From: an uncultured Marinicella sp.
GTDB taxonomy: Bacteria; Pseudomonadota; Gammaproteobacteria; Xanthomonadales; Marinicellaceae
Length of the DNA: 34,443 nt
Reading direction: 5' to 3'
NCBI GenBank assembly: GCA_938008005.1
Contig: CALLLZ010000078.1
Location: 1 to 34,443 of the forward strand
Below, piece after piece: positions 8,561 to 18,691 of this stretch; position 1 is the first letter of the stretch, and every line of letters begins with the position of its first letter. A model generated the notes under the pieces. That model did not search any database. It had not been told where the DNA came from and saw nothing but the letters and a program-made list of their open reading frames with translations. Both the position numbers and the translations under genes were made by a program.

Positions 8561-10669
8561 ATGAAGCTTAAACCTATCCTACTGACTTTAACATCGATTG
8601 TGTTGTTACAAGCTTGTAGCAGCAGTAACGATTCACCCAGAGCAGTTGACGTGCCGCCAGTGGTTACACCTGGCGGCAATCCTGTGACGGGTGTTATTGA
8701 GGCCACTTTTAATCCGGCATCAGGTGACCCTACTCAGGTGCCCATTCCTACCAATTTATTTTTATCGGGTACCACGGATTTAACTTTGAATATTCCAGTG
8801 GCTGACCCAACCGATTTTTCAGATCCTTTGGTGGCGTTGAATGGTTTAGATGGTTTCAGTACCGTAGCACCTTGGGCAACTAATTTTTCTGTCCCTGTTG
8901 CTGCAGCCTCAGTCAACCCGAGTAGTGTAAAGGTTTATGAAGTGGCGCTCACTGGCCCGGGTGGGGGCGTGACGATGATTAATAATGAATTGATATTTGG
9001 TGTGGATTTTGTTGCCGCTGCCAATGGCAGCAGTATTGCGATTGTGCCACTCAGACCATTGAAGCAAATAACTTCTTATATGGCTGTTATTACCAACGGT
9101 GTGCAAGACGCCAGTGGTAATCCAGCAACACCTTCACAAACTTACTTTTTAACCAAAAGAACATCGCCGCTGATTGATGACAACGATAACAGCACCGATC
9201 CGTTAATTGGTGATGCCACAGCTAACGCATTAGAACCACTACGTAAATTAACCAATTCACAAGAAGCCGCAGCGGCCTCACAAGGTGTTGATCCAAGCAG
9301 TATTGTGTTGTCTTGGACGTTGACCACCCAGTCAATCACTCCGGTTTTATCAGCAGTCAAAGACATCAGTGCACCAGGTGCGTCAACTTTGGCACCGTCT
9401 GGCCTATCAACAGCAGCTGTTGGTGGAGCAGGTATTGCTGATATCTATATTGGTACTTTAACCTCACCTTATTACTTAAGTGCACCAAGTGCAGCTAATC
9501 CTGTGGCGCCCTTAAATCAATTTTGGCAAGCGGCACCTGGTGCTTATGTAGCACCATTTAATGCTTTGCCGTTAGATCCTACTTCGACCAATTTAACTTT
9601 AGCCAACCCTATTCCGGTAGCTACAAGCATGCAAAATTTACCTGTGCTGATGACAGTGCCAAATGCTGGCTCTGGTCAAACCAAGCCTGAAGCGGGCTGG
9701 CCTATCATGATATTTCAACATGGTATTACCAGAAACAGAACCGATATGTTGGCAGTGGCTGATACCATGGCCTCTATTGGTTTCGCAGTTGTGGCCATTG
9801 ATCTAGCCTTGCACGGTGTCACTGATGTGACCAACCCTTTATATATTGGTAATTCACCATTTGGTGCGATTGCATCTGAAAGGACTTTTGATGTTGACTA
9901 TACCAACAATGAAACAGGTGCCCCAGGTCCTGATGGAGTGATCGACAGCTCAGGTGCTCATTTTATTAACTTAGCCAGTTTGTTGGTCTCGCGGGACAAT
10001 AACAGACAAGGTGTTGCTGATTTGTTTACCTTAACTGAAACCGTTCCATTTATGGATATCGATGGTGATGGAGCTGGTGACTTTAATGAAGCCAATATCA
10101 CTTTCGCTGGTCAATCATTAGGTGCTATTACGGGCGTTAATTATTTGGCATTTGCTCCTAACGTGCAAAGTGCTGTGCTTTCAGCACCAGGTGGAGGTAT
10201 TGCTAGCTTGTTGATTGGTTCTCCAACTTTTGGCCCCCGTATTATTGGTGGTCTTGCTGCAGCTGGTGTAGAGCAAGGTACTGCGGCATTTAATTTGTTC
10301 GTGTTGGCCACTCAAACAGCCATTGATTCAGCTGACCCTATAAACTTAGGTGGTTTTGCATCTTTGCAGAATAATATCCTGGCACATGAAATATTGGGTG
10401 ATCAAGTCATAACTAACACTGTGCCTGGAGCTCCGCTTTCAGGAACAGAACCGTTGTTGGCATCTATGGGGTTAACATTTTATTCAGAGTCAGCCTTTAA
10501 CCCTGAAGGTTTAGATGCAGCGCTTAGATTCACCGAGGGTGATCATGGCAGTTTATTGAGCCCAGCAGCTTCAGTAGCAGCAACTGTAGAAATGCAATCT
10601 CAGATGGCCGCCTTCCAGGCAACTGGAGGAACCACCTTGAATGTTACAAACACCGATGTGGTTCAATAA
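8561..10669 (+). CDS. Lipoprotein extracellular lipase/phospholipase, Pla-1/cef (VolA-like) family, alpha/beta hydrolase
   Basis: Lipobox LLQA-C; N-terminal LNGLDGFST motif typical of the bacterial lipase N-domain; WPIMIFQHGIT, AIDLALHG, FINLASLLVSRDN, nucleophile elbow GQSLG, DSADP, GDHGSLL. ATG 8561 after GGGGA. Confidence 0.85.
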   Translation: MKLKPILLTLTSIVLLQACSSSNDSPRAVDVPPVVTPGGNPVTGVIEATFNPASGDPTQVPIPTNLFLSGTTDLTLNIPVADPTDFSDPLVALNGLDGFSTVAPWATNFSVPVAAASVNPSSVKVYEVALTGPGGGVTMINNELIFGVDFVAAANGSSIAIVPLRPLKQITSYMAVITNGVQDASGNPATPSQTYFLTKRTSPLIDDNDNSTDPLIGDATANALEPLRKLTNSQEAAAASQGVDPSSIVLSWTLTTQSITPVLSAVKDISAPGASTLAPSGLSTAAVGGAGIADIYIGTLTSPYYLSAPSAANPVAPLNQFWQAAPGAYVAPFNALPLDPTSTNLTLANPIPVATSMQNLPVLMTVPNAGSGQTKPEAGWPIMIFQHGITRNRTDMLAVADTMASIGFAVVAIDLALHGVTDVTNPLYIGNSPFGAIASERTFDVDYTNNETGAPGPDGVIDSSGAHFINLASLLVSRDNNRQGVADLFTLTETVPFMDIDGDGAGDFNEANITFAGQSLGAITGVNYLAFAPNVQSAVLSAPGGGIASLLIGSPTFGPRIIGGLAAAGVEQGTAAFNLFVLATQTAIDSADPINLGGFASLQNNILAHEILGDQVITNTVPGAPLSGTEPLLASMGLTFYSESAFNPEGLDAALRFTEGDHGSLLSPAASVAATVEMQSQMAAFQATGGTTLNVTNTDVVQ

Positions 10670-10679
10670 GGAGATGGTT

Positions 10680-12626
10680 ATGAAAAATACAATTAAAACA
10701 GTTCAAGCAATGGCACAAAATAACAGAAAATTAAAAGTGAAACCTTTAAAAATGGCATTGATGACAGCAGCCCTAGGTGTTTCTGGATCTGCCATGTCGT
10801 TTGAAATATTTAACAATGGTGATTATTCTTTTAACATTGATACAACAGTTTCATTGGGAGCCTCATGGCGAATAGCAGATCGTGATAATCGTTTGATCGG
10901 TAAGAGTAACGTAAATCGTTTTGTTTCGCTTGCCTTTGATCCGGTAACAGGTGCTCCAATAGGTTCTAGCTCTCTGGAAAGTAGAATCGCAGCACCTGGT
11001 CGTTGGTCTATTAACTCAGATGATGGTAACTTGAATTATGATCAGGGCGATTTGATCAGTAATGCACTTAAATTTACTTCAGACCTTGCTTTTGCTGGCC
11101 CAAGCTGGGGCGCATTTATGCGGGTGACAGGTTTTTATGATTTCGAAAATGCAGATAATGACAATTTATCCAGAACAGCCAGAGAATTTGTAGGTGAAGA
11201 TTACCGTTTATTAGATGCCTATGTTTATAAAGACTTTAATATTGGTGACCAATTCGCCTCAGTCAGATTAGGGCGACAAGTAGTCAGCTGGGGTGAGTCA
11301 ACCTTTATTCAGCAAGGTATCAATGTCATCAATCCAATTGATGTATCAAAAATTCGTGTCGCAGGCGCAGAGCTGAAAGAAGCTTTCTTGCCGATAGACA
11401 TGATTTCGTTCTCAACCAGTATCACTGATAATCTGTCTTTAGAAGCGGTTTATATGTTTGAGTTTGAGCAAACAGATCCAGATCCAGCGGGTACTTATTT
11501 TTCTAACAATGATTTTGCCACGCCAGGTGGAGAATATGTGGCTTTAGGTTTTGGTATCGTACCTGAGTTAAGTGGTTTGCCAGCTGGTACCTGTACACCT
11601 CAAAACTTCTCTCAACTGGATCCAGTTAGTCAAAATGTATGCAACTTTTCAATTGGTCGTCGAGCGACACCAGCTACTGACGATGATGGTCAGTTCGGTA
11701 TAGCATTGCGTTATTATGCCGAACAGCTCAATAACACAGAGTTTGGTTTATACTATTTGAATTACCATTCAAGGTTACCCTTAATCAGTGGTTATGCTTT
11801 GGGTCAACCTGGTGTTGGCTTAGGAGTAACTTCCCCAAGTTCTGGTTCTTATTTTACAGAGTTTCCAGAAGACATTGACTTGTATGGTTTGAGCTTTAAT
11901 ACAACCATCAATTCATTGGGAGTATCATTACAAGGTGAGTTATCTTATCGTGATAATGTACCATTACAGATTGATGATGTTGAAGTATTGTTTGCTGCAT
12001 TATCACCTTTAAATGGGGCGATTCCTGCACCATATGATCAGTTTCTTTCTCAATTGGGTAACTTTGCTCCAGGTGATTACATCCAAGGGTGGGAAAGGCA
12101 TGAAGTTTCTCAATTACAATTTACAGCCACTAAACTGTTTGGACCCAATGATTTTTTTGGTACTGATCAGATTGTGTTGTTAGGTGAAGTTGGGTTTACT
12201 CATGTTTGGGACTTACCTGGCCAAAATGAACTTAGATATAATGGCCCGGGTACTGATACTGGAGGTGGTGTAAGTACTGAGACCGGTGGTACCAGTAGAA
12301 ACCCGGTGACAACAAGTTCTGATTTTTTTGCCACTCCATTTTCTTGGGGTTACCGTTTAGTTACTCGATTTGATTACAATTCGGTGTTTGGTTCTTCATG
12401 GAATCTATCGCCTAGATTGGCCTTTAACCACGATGTCAACGGCACCACGCCAGGGCCTGGTGGGAACTTTATAGAAGGTAGAAAGTCTTATACCATAGGG
12501 GTGAACGGTATTTATCTTGAAAAGTGGAGCGCAGATTTAAGCTACACTGGTTATTCAGGAGCCGGAATCCAAAATCAAATCTTTGATCGAGACTTTGTGG
12601 CGTTCAACGTTAAATACTCGTTTTAA
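10680..12626 (+). CDS. DUF1302 family outer-membrane beta-barrel protein
   Basis: Signal peptide; DTTVSLGASWR, NSDDGNLNY, LLDAYVY, RLGRQVVSWGESTFI, NYHSRLP; C-terminal DRDFVAFNVKYSF beta-signal. SD AGGAG overlaps the lipase stop. Confidence 0.88.
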   Translation: MKNTIKTVQAMAQNNRKLKVKPLKMALMTAALGVSGSAMSFEIFNNGDYSFNIDTTVSLGASWRIADRDNRLIGKSNVNRFVSLAFDPVTGAPIGSSSLESRIAAPGRWSINSDDGNLNYDQGDLISNALKFTSDLAFAGPSWGAFMRVTGFYDFENADNDNLSRTAREFVGEDYRLLDAYVYKDFNIGDQFASVRLGRQVVSWGESTFIQQGINVINPIDVSKIRVAGAELKEAFLPIDMISFSTSITDNLSLEAVYMFEFEQTDPDPAGTYFSNNDFATPGGEYVALGFGIVPELSGLPAGTCTPQNFSQLDPVSQNVCNFSIGRRATPATDDDGQFGIALRYYAEQLNNTEFGLYYLNYHSRLPLISGYALGQPGVGLGVTSPSSGSYFTEFPEDIDLYGLSFNTTINSLGVSLQGELSYRDNVPLQIDDVEVLFAALSPLNGAIPAPYDQFLSQLGNFAPGDYIQGWERHEVSQLQFTATKLFGPNDFFGTDQIVLLGEVGFTHVWDLPGQNELRYNGPGTDTGGGVSTETGGTSRNPVTTSSDFFATPFSWGYRLVTRFDYNSVFGSSWNLSPRLAFNHDVNGTTPGPGGNFIEGRKSYTIGVNGIYLEKWSADLSYTGYSGAGIQNQIFDRDFVAFNVKYSF

Positions 12627-12644
12627 TAACAGAGGGACAAACAT

Positions 12645-14009
12645 ATGAAATTATTTAGAAAAACAATGCTTTCCACGTTAATAGGGATGACAGTCGTGGC
12701 AGGTTCTGCTCAGGCGGGTCCAAAACCGGGTGAAATAGAGCGTTTATCAACAGACCTAACCCCTGTTGGTGCAGTTCGAGCAGGTAATGCGGAGGGAACC
12801 ATTCCAGCTTGGACTGGAGGTATCACATCATCACCAGCAGGTTATCAAGTAGGGGATCACCATCCTGATCCGTTTGCAGATGATAAGGTGTCTTTTACCA
12901 TCAATGCATCCAATTACAAAGAACATTCAGACAAACTCTCTGTCGGCCAAATGGCAATGTTTGAGCGTTATCCAGAAACTTTCAAAATGGATGTATACCC
13001 AACTCGAAGATCAGCCTCTTTTCCTGAAAGAATTTATGAAAAAACCATGGAAAACGGTAAGACAGGTACATCTGTTGCGGATGGTGAAGGTGTAACTGGC
13101 GTGGCAGAAGGGTTTCCATTTCCATTTCCAGAGAGTGCTTATGAGTTGATTCTAAATCATAAATTAAAATATAAGGGTTCTGGTGGTGTTCGTTATAACA
13201 ACCAAGTGGCTCCTAATAACAATGGTAAATACACTCTGGTTCGTCTTCGAGAGGAACTGTATGGCAAATATTACGTGCCTGGAAATACCATTGAAGATAT
13301 AGATAACATCTTGTTGTATTTCTATCAAGTGGTTGAGTCACCAGCCCGTTTGGCTGGTCGGGTGTTGTTAGTTCATGAAACAATGAATCAAAAAGAAACA
13401 CCTCGTCAAGCATGGATATATAACCCAGGCCAACGTCGTGTTAGGCGAGCACCTAATGTGGCGTATGATAACCCTGGAACAGCATCCGATGGTTTGAGAA
13501 CCAATGACATGACAGATATGTTTAATGGTGCTATGGATCGTTTTACTTGGGATTGGACTGGAACCAAAGAAATGTATGTGCCTTATAACTCATACAAAGC
13601 CCACAGTTTTGATTCTAAAGTTGAAGACATGGTTAAGCCAGGTCACTTAGATCCAAGTTATATGCGTTATGAATTACATCGCGTACATGTGATTGAAGCC
13701 AATCTGCGTGATGGTTTTAGACACATTAACAGCAAGCGGACATTCTACTTAGACGAAGATAGTTATCAAATTTTGTTAACTGATCATTATGACAGACGTG
13801 GCGAGTTGTGGCGTTTTTCAGAAGCTCACAGTATTAATTACTATGAAGTGCCAACTTTTTGGTCAACCATTGAAACACATCATGATTTGCAATCAGGTCG
13901 TTATGTTGCTGTTGGTTTAGATAATCAAGATCAAGTCAACACTTTCAATACGCCATTGAGTGAGAATAACTATACACCAAGTGCATTACGTAAACGTGGA
14001 AGACGCTAA
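12645..14009 (+). CDS. DUF1329 family periplasmic protein (LolA-like fold)
   Basis: Signal peptide AQA; LTPVGAVRAGNAEGTIPAWTGG, VYPTRRSA, RQAWIYNPGQRRVRRAP, RYELHRVHVIEA, KRTFYLDEDS. Confidence 0.92.
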   Translation: MKLFRKTMLSTLIGMTVVAGSAQAGPKPGEIERLSTDLTPVGAVRAGNAEGTIPAWTGGITSSPAGYQVGDHHPDPFADDKVSFTINASNYKEHSDKLSVGQMAMFERYPETFKMDVYPTRRSASFPERIYEKTMENGKTGTSVADGEGVTGVAEGFPFPFPESAYELILNHKLKYKGSGGVRYNNQVAPNNNGKYTLVRLREELYGKYYVPGNTIEDIDNILLYFYQVVESPARLAGRVLLVHETMNQKETPRQAWIYNPGQRRVRRAPNVAYDNPGTASDGLRTNDMTDMFNGAMDRFTWDWTGTKEMYVPYNSYKAHSFDSKVEDMVKPGHLDPSYMRYELHRVHVIEANLRDGFRHINSKRTFYLDEDSYQILLTDHYDRRGELWRFSEAHSINYYEVPTFWSTIETHHDLQSGRYVAVGLDNQDQVNTFNTPLSENNYTPSALRKRGRR

Positions 14010-14054
14010 TCTGTGCCAAGTATGATTTTTACTGGCAGTTGAAGTTTTAAACAG

Positions 14055-14092
14055 AGGCCATGAGTGTTGATCACACTCATGGCCTTTTTTTT
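14055..14092 (+). terminator. Intrinsic terminator inside the operon
   Basis: 13-bp perfect stem AGGCCATGAGTGT-tgatc-ACACTCATGGCCT followed by a T run. Confidence 0.85.
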
Positions 14093-14101
14093 GGGTGAAT
14101 T

Positions 14102-15043
14102 ATGAAGAAGTTGTATTTAAAAGTTTTAATCTGTTTTAGCTTGTCATTATTTTTCAATGTGTCATGGTCGCAACAAAGAGCTGAGGTATTGCCGTTGGCT
14201 GATAAATCATTGATGCTTTCAATCACCAAAGTAGGAGATTCCAATAACTCTTTAATTATGGTGGGTGAGCGTGGCCATGTCCTTAAAAGTGAAAATGGTG
14301 GCCAACGTTGGCGTCAGATTGAAAACATACCGGTTAATATCGCTTTAACTAAAGTGGTTTCAGTTAATAACCATGTTTGGGCAGTAGGTCATGATGCAAC
14401 CATCATTCATAGCTCTGATGCAGGAGAAAACTGGGCCTTGCAGTTTTATGATGCGGAACGTGAGGTCCCTTTCTTGTCGGCTTATTTTATCTCTGAGACT
14501 ACTGGTTATGTGATAGGAGCTTATGGAACCATTTTTTCTACAACAGATGGTGGAAAGAGTTGGAAAGAAGACTTGATAGATGAAGAGTTGGATTACCACC
14601 TCAATGACATCACTCGAGGTCCAGACGGTCATTTTTACATAGCAGCAGAGGCTGGTTATTTCTTCAGAAGTATGGATCAAGGTAATACTTGGGAAGCGAT
14701 TGAATTGCCTTATATGGGATCTATGTTTGGAGTGGTGGCTTTACAAAACAGCATCGTTTTATATGGTTTACGTGGTAATGTTCTGGTAACAGAAGATCAG
14801 GGCGAAAATTGGGTGGAAATTAAAGCTGAAAACCCAAATAATTTATTTGGTTCCACAAAACTTTCTGATAACAGGGTTTTGATTGTTGGGGCCAATGGCG
14901 CATTGTTGGTCTATACAAATCTATCACTGAACCCATTCAAAGGGATTGACTCTGGTGATGATTATGCTGATGTGCTGGTGGTCGGAGAACAAGCAATCTT
15001 GGTCGGTGAGACAGGATATAAAATTCAATCTATACAACAATAA
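14102..15043 (+). CDS. YCF48-related BNR/Asp-box beta-propeller periplasmic protein
   Basis: Signal peptide; repeated Asp-boxes (SENGGQRW, SSDAGENW, TTDGGKSW, SMDQGNTW, TEDQGENW); VGERGH, GLRGN. Confidence 0.9.
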   Translation: MKKLYLKVLICFSLSLFFNVSWSQQRAEVLPLADKSLMLSITKVGDSNNSLIMVGERGHVLKSENGGQRWRQIENIPVNIALTKVVSVNNHVWAVGHDATIIHSSDAGENWALQFYDAEREVPFLSAYFISETTGYVIGAYGTIFSTTDGGKSWKEDLIDEELDYHLNDITRGPDGHFYIAAEAGYFFRSMDQGNTWEAIELPYMGSMFGVVALQNSIVLYGLRGNVLVTEDQGENWVEIKAENPNNLFGSTKLSDNRVLIVGANGALLVYTNLSLNPFKGIDSGDDYADVLVVGEQAILVGETGYKIQSIQQ

Positions 15044-15055
15044 GGGGGAGCTGAA

Positions 15056-17434
15056 ATGAATCAAAATACTGAAAAAACTAGATTCGCAGCGGCCTGTGAA
15101 TCCATCTTATTCAGCAGTAAAAAAATAATTTTATTGCTGTTGGTGATCATGACATTTGTGATGGCTTATTTTGCCAGTCAATTGAAAGTTGATGCTGGCT
15201 TTGAAAAACAATTGCCACTAGATCATGAATACATGCAGACATTTATGGAGCATGAAAAATTCCGAGGTGCTAACCGTATATTGGTGTCTATCATGGATGA
15301 TAGTGGCAATATGTTCAACCAACAATTCTTTGATAAATTAGAGCAAGTAACAGATGCTGTGGTATTTATTCCTGGCGTGAATCGAGCAAGTGTGAAATCA
15401 ATTTTCACACCCAATGTTCGGTTTGTAGAAGTGGTTGAAGATGGTTTTGCAGGTGGTAATGTGATTCCAGCTGATTTCAGTCCTTCAGAAAAGATGTTTG
15501 AAACTGTTCGTGGCAATATTGTTAAAGCAGGTGTTTTGGGTCGTTTAGTTGCTGAAGATTTCAACGGCGCAATGGTATGGGCTGACTTGCAAGAAAGAGA
15601 CCCACAAACAGGTGAAAAAGTTGATTATCAAAAAATTGCCAAGCAGTTGGAAGCCATCCGTACTGATTATGAAGGTAGTGGACAAACTGTGCACATTATC
15701 GGTTTTGCCAAGATAGTTGGTGACATAGCAGAAGGCGCTAAATCTGTATTGTATTTCTTTGCTTTAGCGATCTTTATTACCGCAGTTTTATTATATTGGT
15801 ATTCGAAAAACTGGAAACTAACTTTATATCCTATTCTGTGTTCATTGGTGGCAGTAACCTGGCAATTAGGTTTATTAAAATTAATGGGAATGGGTATTGA
15901 TCCGATGAATATTTTAACGCCGTTCTTGGTGTTTGCTATTGGCGTCAGTCATGGGGTACAAATGATATCAGGATGGACTGATCAGATGGTACACCAATCA
16001 GATAAAAAATGCCCCGATTCAGCTGCCAGAGCAGCCTTTTGTGCGCTTTTGGCACCGGGTGCTATTGCATTATTATCTGATACCATCGGTTTTGCTACCA
16101 TTTACTTCATCAATATTGAGATCATCCAAGAACTGGCCATTACTGCAACAGTTGGTGTGGCGTTGATCATTATTACTAATTTGATTTTACTGCCGTTATT
16201 GTTATCAGGTATCAAGATGAAGAATTATGATGCCTTTTGCTCCAAATTTGATGGCAGTAAAAGTAGTTCAGGTATATGGAATGGTATTGCTGGTTTTGCT
16301 AAAAATCCATTGGCTACAGTTGCTATTTTGGTTACTTTGGGTTTATTTGCATTTGGGTATTTCAAAAGTCAAGAAATGCAAATTGGAGACTCGCAAGCAG
16401 GTGTACCAGAATTAAGACCTGATGCGCGATATAACCAAGATGCGATGAAGATCAGTACTGAATTTTCTCTGGGTGTTGATATGATTAACGTCATAGCTGA
16501 AACTTCACCAAACGCTTGTACAGAGAGCTACCAAGCCATGAGTAACATTGATCGATTTGCATGGCACATGTCAAATGTTGATGGCGTACAAAAAGTAATT
16601 ACTCTGCCACAGTTTGCCAAAATGATCACTGCTGGTTGGAACGAAGGCAATATTAAGTGGCATGAATTGTCGAGAAACAATTACGTGATGCGACAATCGC
16701 TTTCGGGTATTGAAACGGATACAGGCCTGTTAAATCAAGACTGTAGTGTCATCCCAATTACCATCTTTACAGAGGACCATAAAGCCAGTACCATCAATAA
16801 GGTAATCACAGCAGTGAAAGCCTATCAGAAAAGTACACCTCACAAGCTTGATGAGGCAGGCGAGTTATTAGAAGGTGAAGTTAAATTTAGACTAGCTACA
16901 GGTAATGCAGGGGTAATGGCTTCGACCAATGACGTAGTTAAAGGTGCTCAAATGCCGATGTTAATCATGGTTTATGGCGCCATCATCTTATTGTGTTTAA
17001 TTACTTTCAGATCAATCACTGGCACCATAAGTATTGTATTGCCTTTGGCATTGGTTTCATTGTTGGCATATGCTCTTATGGCTTTCTTGGGAATCGGTCT
17101 GAAAGTAAATACCTTACCTGTGGTTGCGTTAGGTGTTGGTATTGGTGTTGATTATGGTATCTATATATTTAGCCGGCTACAATCATTACTCAAATCAGGT
17201 TTCAGTTTATATGATGCCTATCGAGAAACATTGAAGCTAACAGGAAAAGCCGTGCTGTTTACGGCGTTAACTTTGGGTATTGGTGTTGGTACTTGGATGT
17301 TCAGTGATTTACAGTTCCAAGCTGATATGGGAATACTATTGGCCTTTATGTTTATCTTGAATATGGTAGGTGCATTATTATTATTGCCAGCATTGGCTTA
17401 TTGGTTGATGCCAAAATATCGAAAAGGGATATAA
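15056..17434 (+). CDS. RND/MMPL-type (YdfJ-like) inner-membrane transporter
   Basis: 792 aa, two repeats of TM, periplasmic domain and 5 TM; FAIGVSHGVQ and LGVGIGVDYGIY motifs typical of DUF1302/DUF1329-linked RNDs. Confidence 0.9.
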   Translation: MNQNTEKTRFAAACESILFSSKKIILLLLVIMTFVMAYFASQLKVDAGFEKQLPLDHEYMQTFMEHEKFRGANRILVSIMDDSGNMFNQQFFDKLEQVTDAVVFIPGVNRASVKSIFTPNVRFVEVVEDGFAGGNVIPADFSPSEKMFETVRGNIVKAGVLGRLVAEDFNGAMVWADLQERDPQTGEKVDYQKIAKQLEAIRTDYEGSGQTVHIIGFAKIVGDIAEGAKSVLYFFALAIFITAVLLYWYSKNWKLTLYPILCSLVAVTWQLGLLKLMGMGIDPMNILTPFLVFAIGVSHGVQMISGWTDQMVHQSDKKCPDSAARAAFCALLAPGAIALLSDTIGFATIYFINIEIIQELAITATVGVALIIITNLILLPLLLSGIKMKNYDAFCSKFDGSKSSSGIWNGIAGFAKNPLATVAILVTLGLFAFGYFKSQEMQIGDSQAGVPELRPDARYNQDAMKISTEFSLGVDMINVIAETSPNACTESYQAMSNIDRFAWHMSNVDGVQKVITLPQFAKMITAGWNEGNIKWHELSRNNYVMRQSLSGIETDTGLLNQDCSVIPITIFTEDHKASTINKVITAVKAYQKSTPHKLDEAGELLEGEVKFRLATGNAGVMASTNDVVKGAQMPMLIMVYGAIILLCLITFRSITGTISIVLPLALVSLLAYALMAFLGIGLKVNTLPVVALGVGIGVDYGIYIFSRLQSLLKSGFSLYDAYRETLKLTGKAVLFTALTLGIGVGTWMFSDLQFQADMGILLAFMFILNMVGALLLLPALAYWLMPKYRKGI

Positions 17435-17461
17435 TACTGGGTTTTATTTAAAGCTTCGTAT

Positions 17462-18637
17462 ATGAGCATAACTTCAATTTTGCGCATCGATCATGATGGC
17501 AAGCCTCAGTGTTTGTACAGCTGCGATGCGCAAGGTGATAACTGGAAAACATCACAGGTTAATCAGTGGTCAAGCCAGTCATTGTCATTAGACGATTTAT
17601 GTATTTTGGTTCCTGCTACATGGGTTTATCATAGCCACACTCAGGTGGCATCAAAAAATACCGAACTGCTGGCTAAGTCTATTCCATTTGCGATTGAAGA
17701 AGAACTGAGTAACGATGTTGAAGATAATTATTTCGCATTTAGATTGAATGAGGATGGTTCACAACATGTTATAGCGATTGAAAAAAATCATTTAGATCTA
17801 TTGAATCAACAAATAGAGACTCACGGCTTAAGCGTTAAAGCCATCCACAGTGAAGTTGATTGGCTGCCTGTAAATGACGGAGAAGTCAGTATATGGTGTG
17901 ATTCAGAAACAGCGTTGTTGAAATTAGATCAAAACGAGGCAATGAGGGTGACCAACTCACAAATCAATCAACTTTTACCTGTGTTTGCTCAAGATAAACA
18001 ACTCATTAATTGCAATGATGATACTGTTTTTGATTACTCTGATTTACCTGTGGAAAATGGTTTGTTTGTAGCCGATTGTTGCCAATATTTATTGAGTCAA
18101 AATGCCATTAATTTGTATATAGATGAAATCAGAACAAAGCAGTCTGAAACATCTTCACAATCATGGAGAGGAGTCAAAATATTGCTTGGTTTGTTGGCAG
18201 TTAGTTGGATGCTGATCCAGGGAATTCAATGGTATGCTTTGAAACAATCTATTACAGAGATTAAACAACAACAACAAAACTTGTTGATACAGACTTACCC
18301 CAATGCAGTAGCATCTGAATTGATTGACCCTTTTGCAGCCTTACAATCAAGGCTAAAAATTAATAATGCCCAATCAACGAAAAACCAGAGTATTTTGATT
18401 AATGCGGTTGATAAACTGGGTCAAACTTTGAAACAACAAAAACTAATTAAGCTGAATGCATTGCGTTTGGTAGATCAGAAAATGGAGTTGCAGATTGCGG
18501 CACCTAGTATGACAATTATTAATGATTTTCATCAGTTACTACAACAATATGCCAATGATTACTCAGTTCAAATCGGGGTCAACGAACTGGCTGATGATAA
18601 TACTTTTAAATCTATTTTAACCATGGTGCCAAGATGA
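17462..18637 (+). CDS. gspL: Type II secretion system protein L
   Basis: Cytoplasmic actin-like domain with ILVPA and KSIPFAIEEEL...YFA, single TM at about residue 240, periplasmic domain; followed by GspM and GspN-like genes. Confidence 0.8.
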   Translation: MSITSILRIDHDGKPQCLYSCDAQGDNWKTSQVNQWSSQSLSLDDLCILVPATWVYHSHTQVASKNTELLAKSIPFAIEEELSNDVEDNYFAFRLNEDGSQHVIAIEKNHLDLLNQQIETHGLSVKAIHSEVDWLPVNDGEVSIWCDSETALLKLDQNEAMRVTNSQINQLLPVFAQDKQLINCNDDTVFDYSDLPVENGLFVADCCQYLLSQNAINLYIDEIRTKQSETSSQSWRGVKILLGLLAVSWMLIQGIQWYALKQSITEIKQQQQNLLIQTYPNAVASELIDPFAALQSRLKINNAQSTKNQSILINAVDKLGQTLKQQKLIKLNALRLVDQKMELQIAAPSMTIINDFHQLLQQYANDYSVQIGVNELADDNTFKSILTMVPR

Positions 18638-18691
18638 ACAAATTAGACTCGAATAAAGTAAGACTTGGTCAACAAAGACAAGGAGTTAGTC

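Noticed and set aside
10641-10679. ORF-track start of DUF1302 inside the lipase gene
   Set aside because: ATG 10680 has a well-spaced AGGAG and avoids the overlap.
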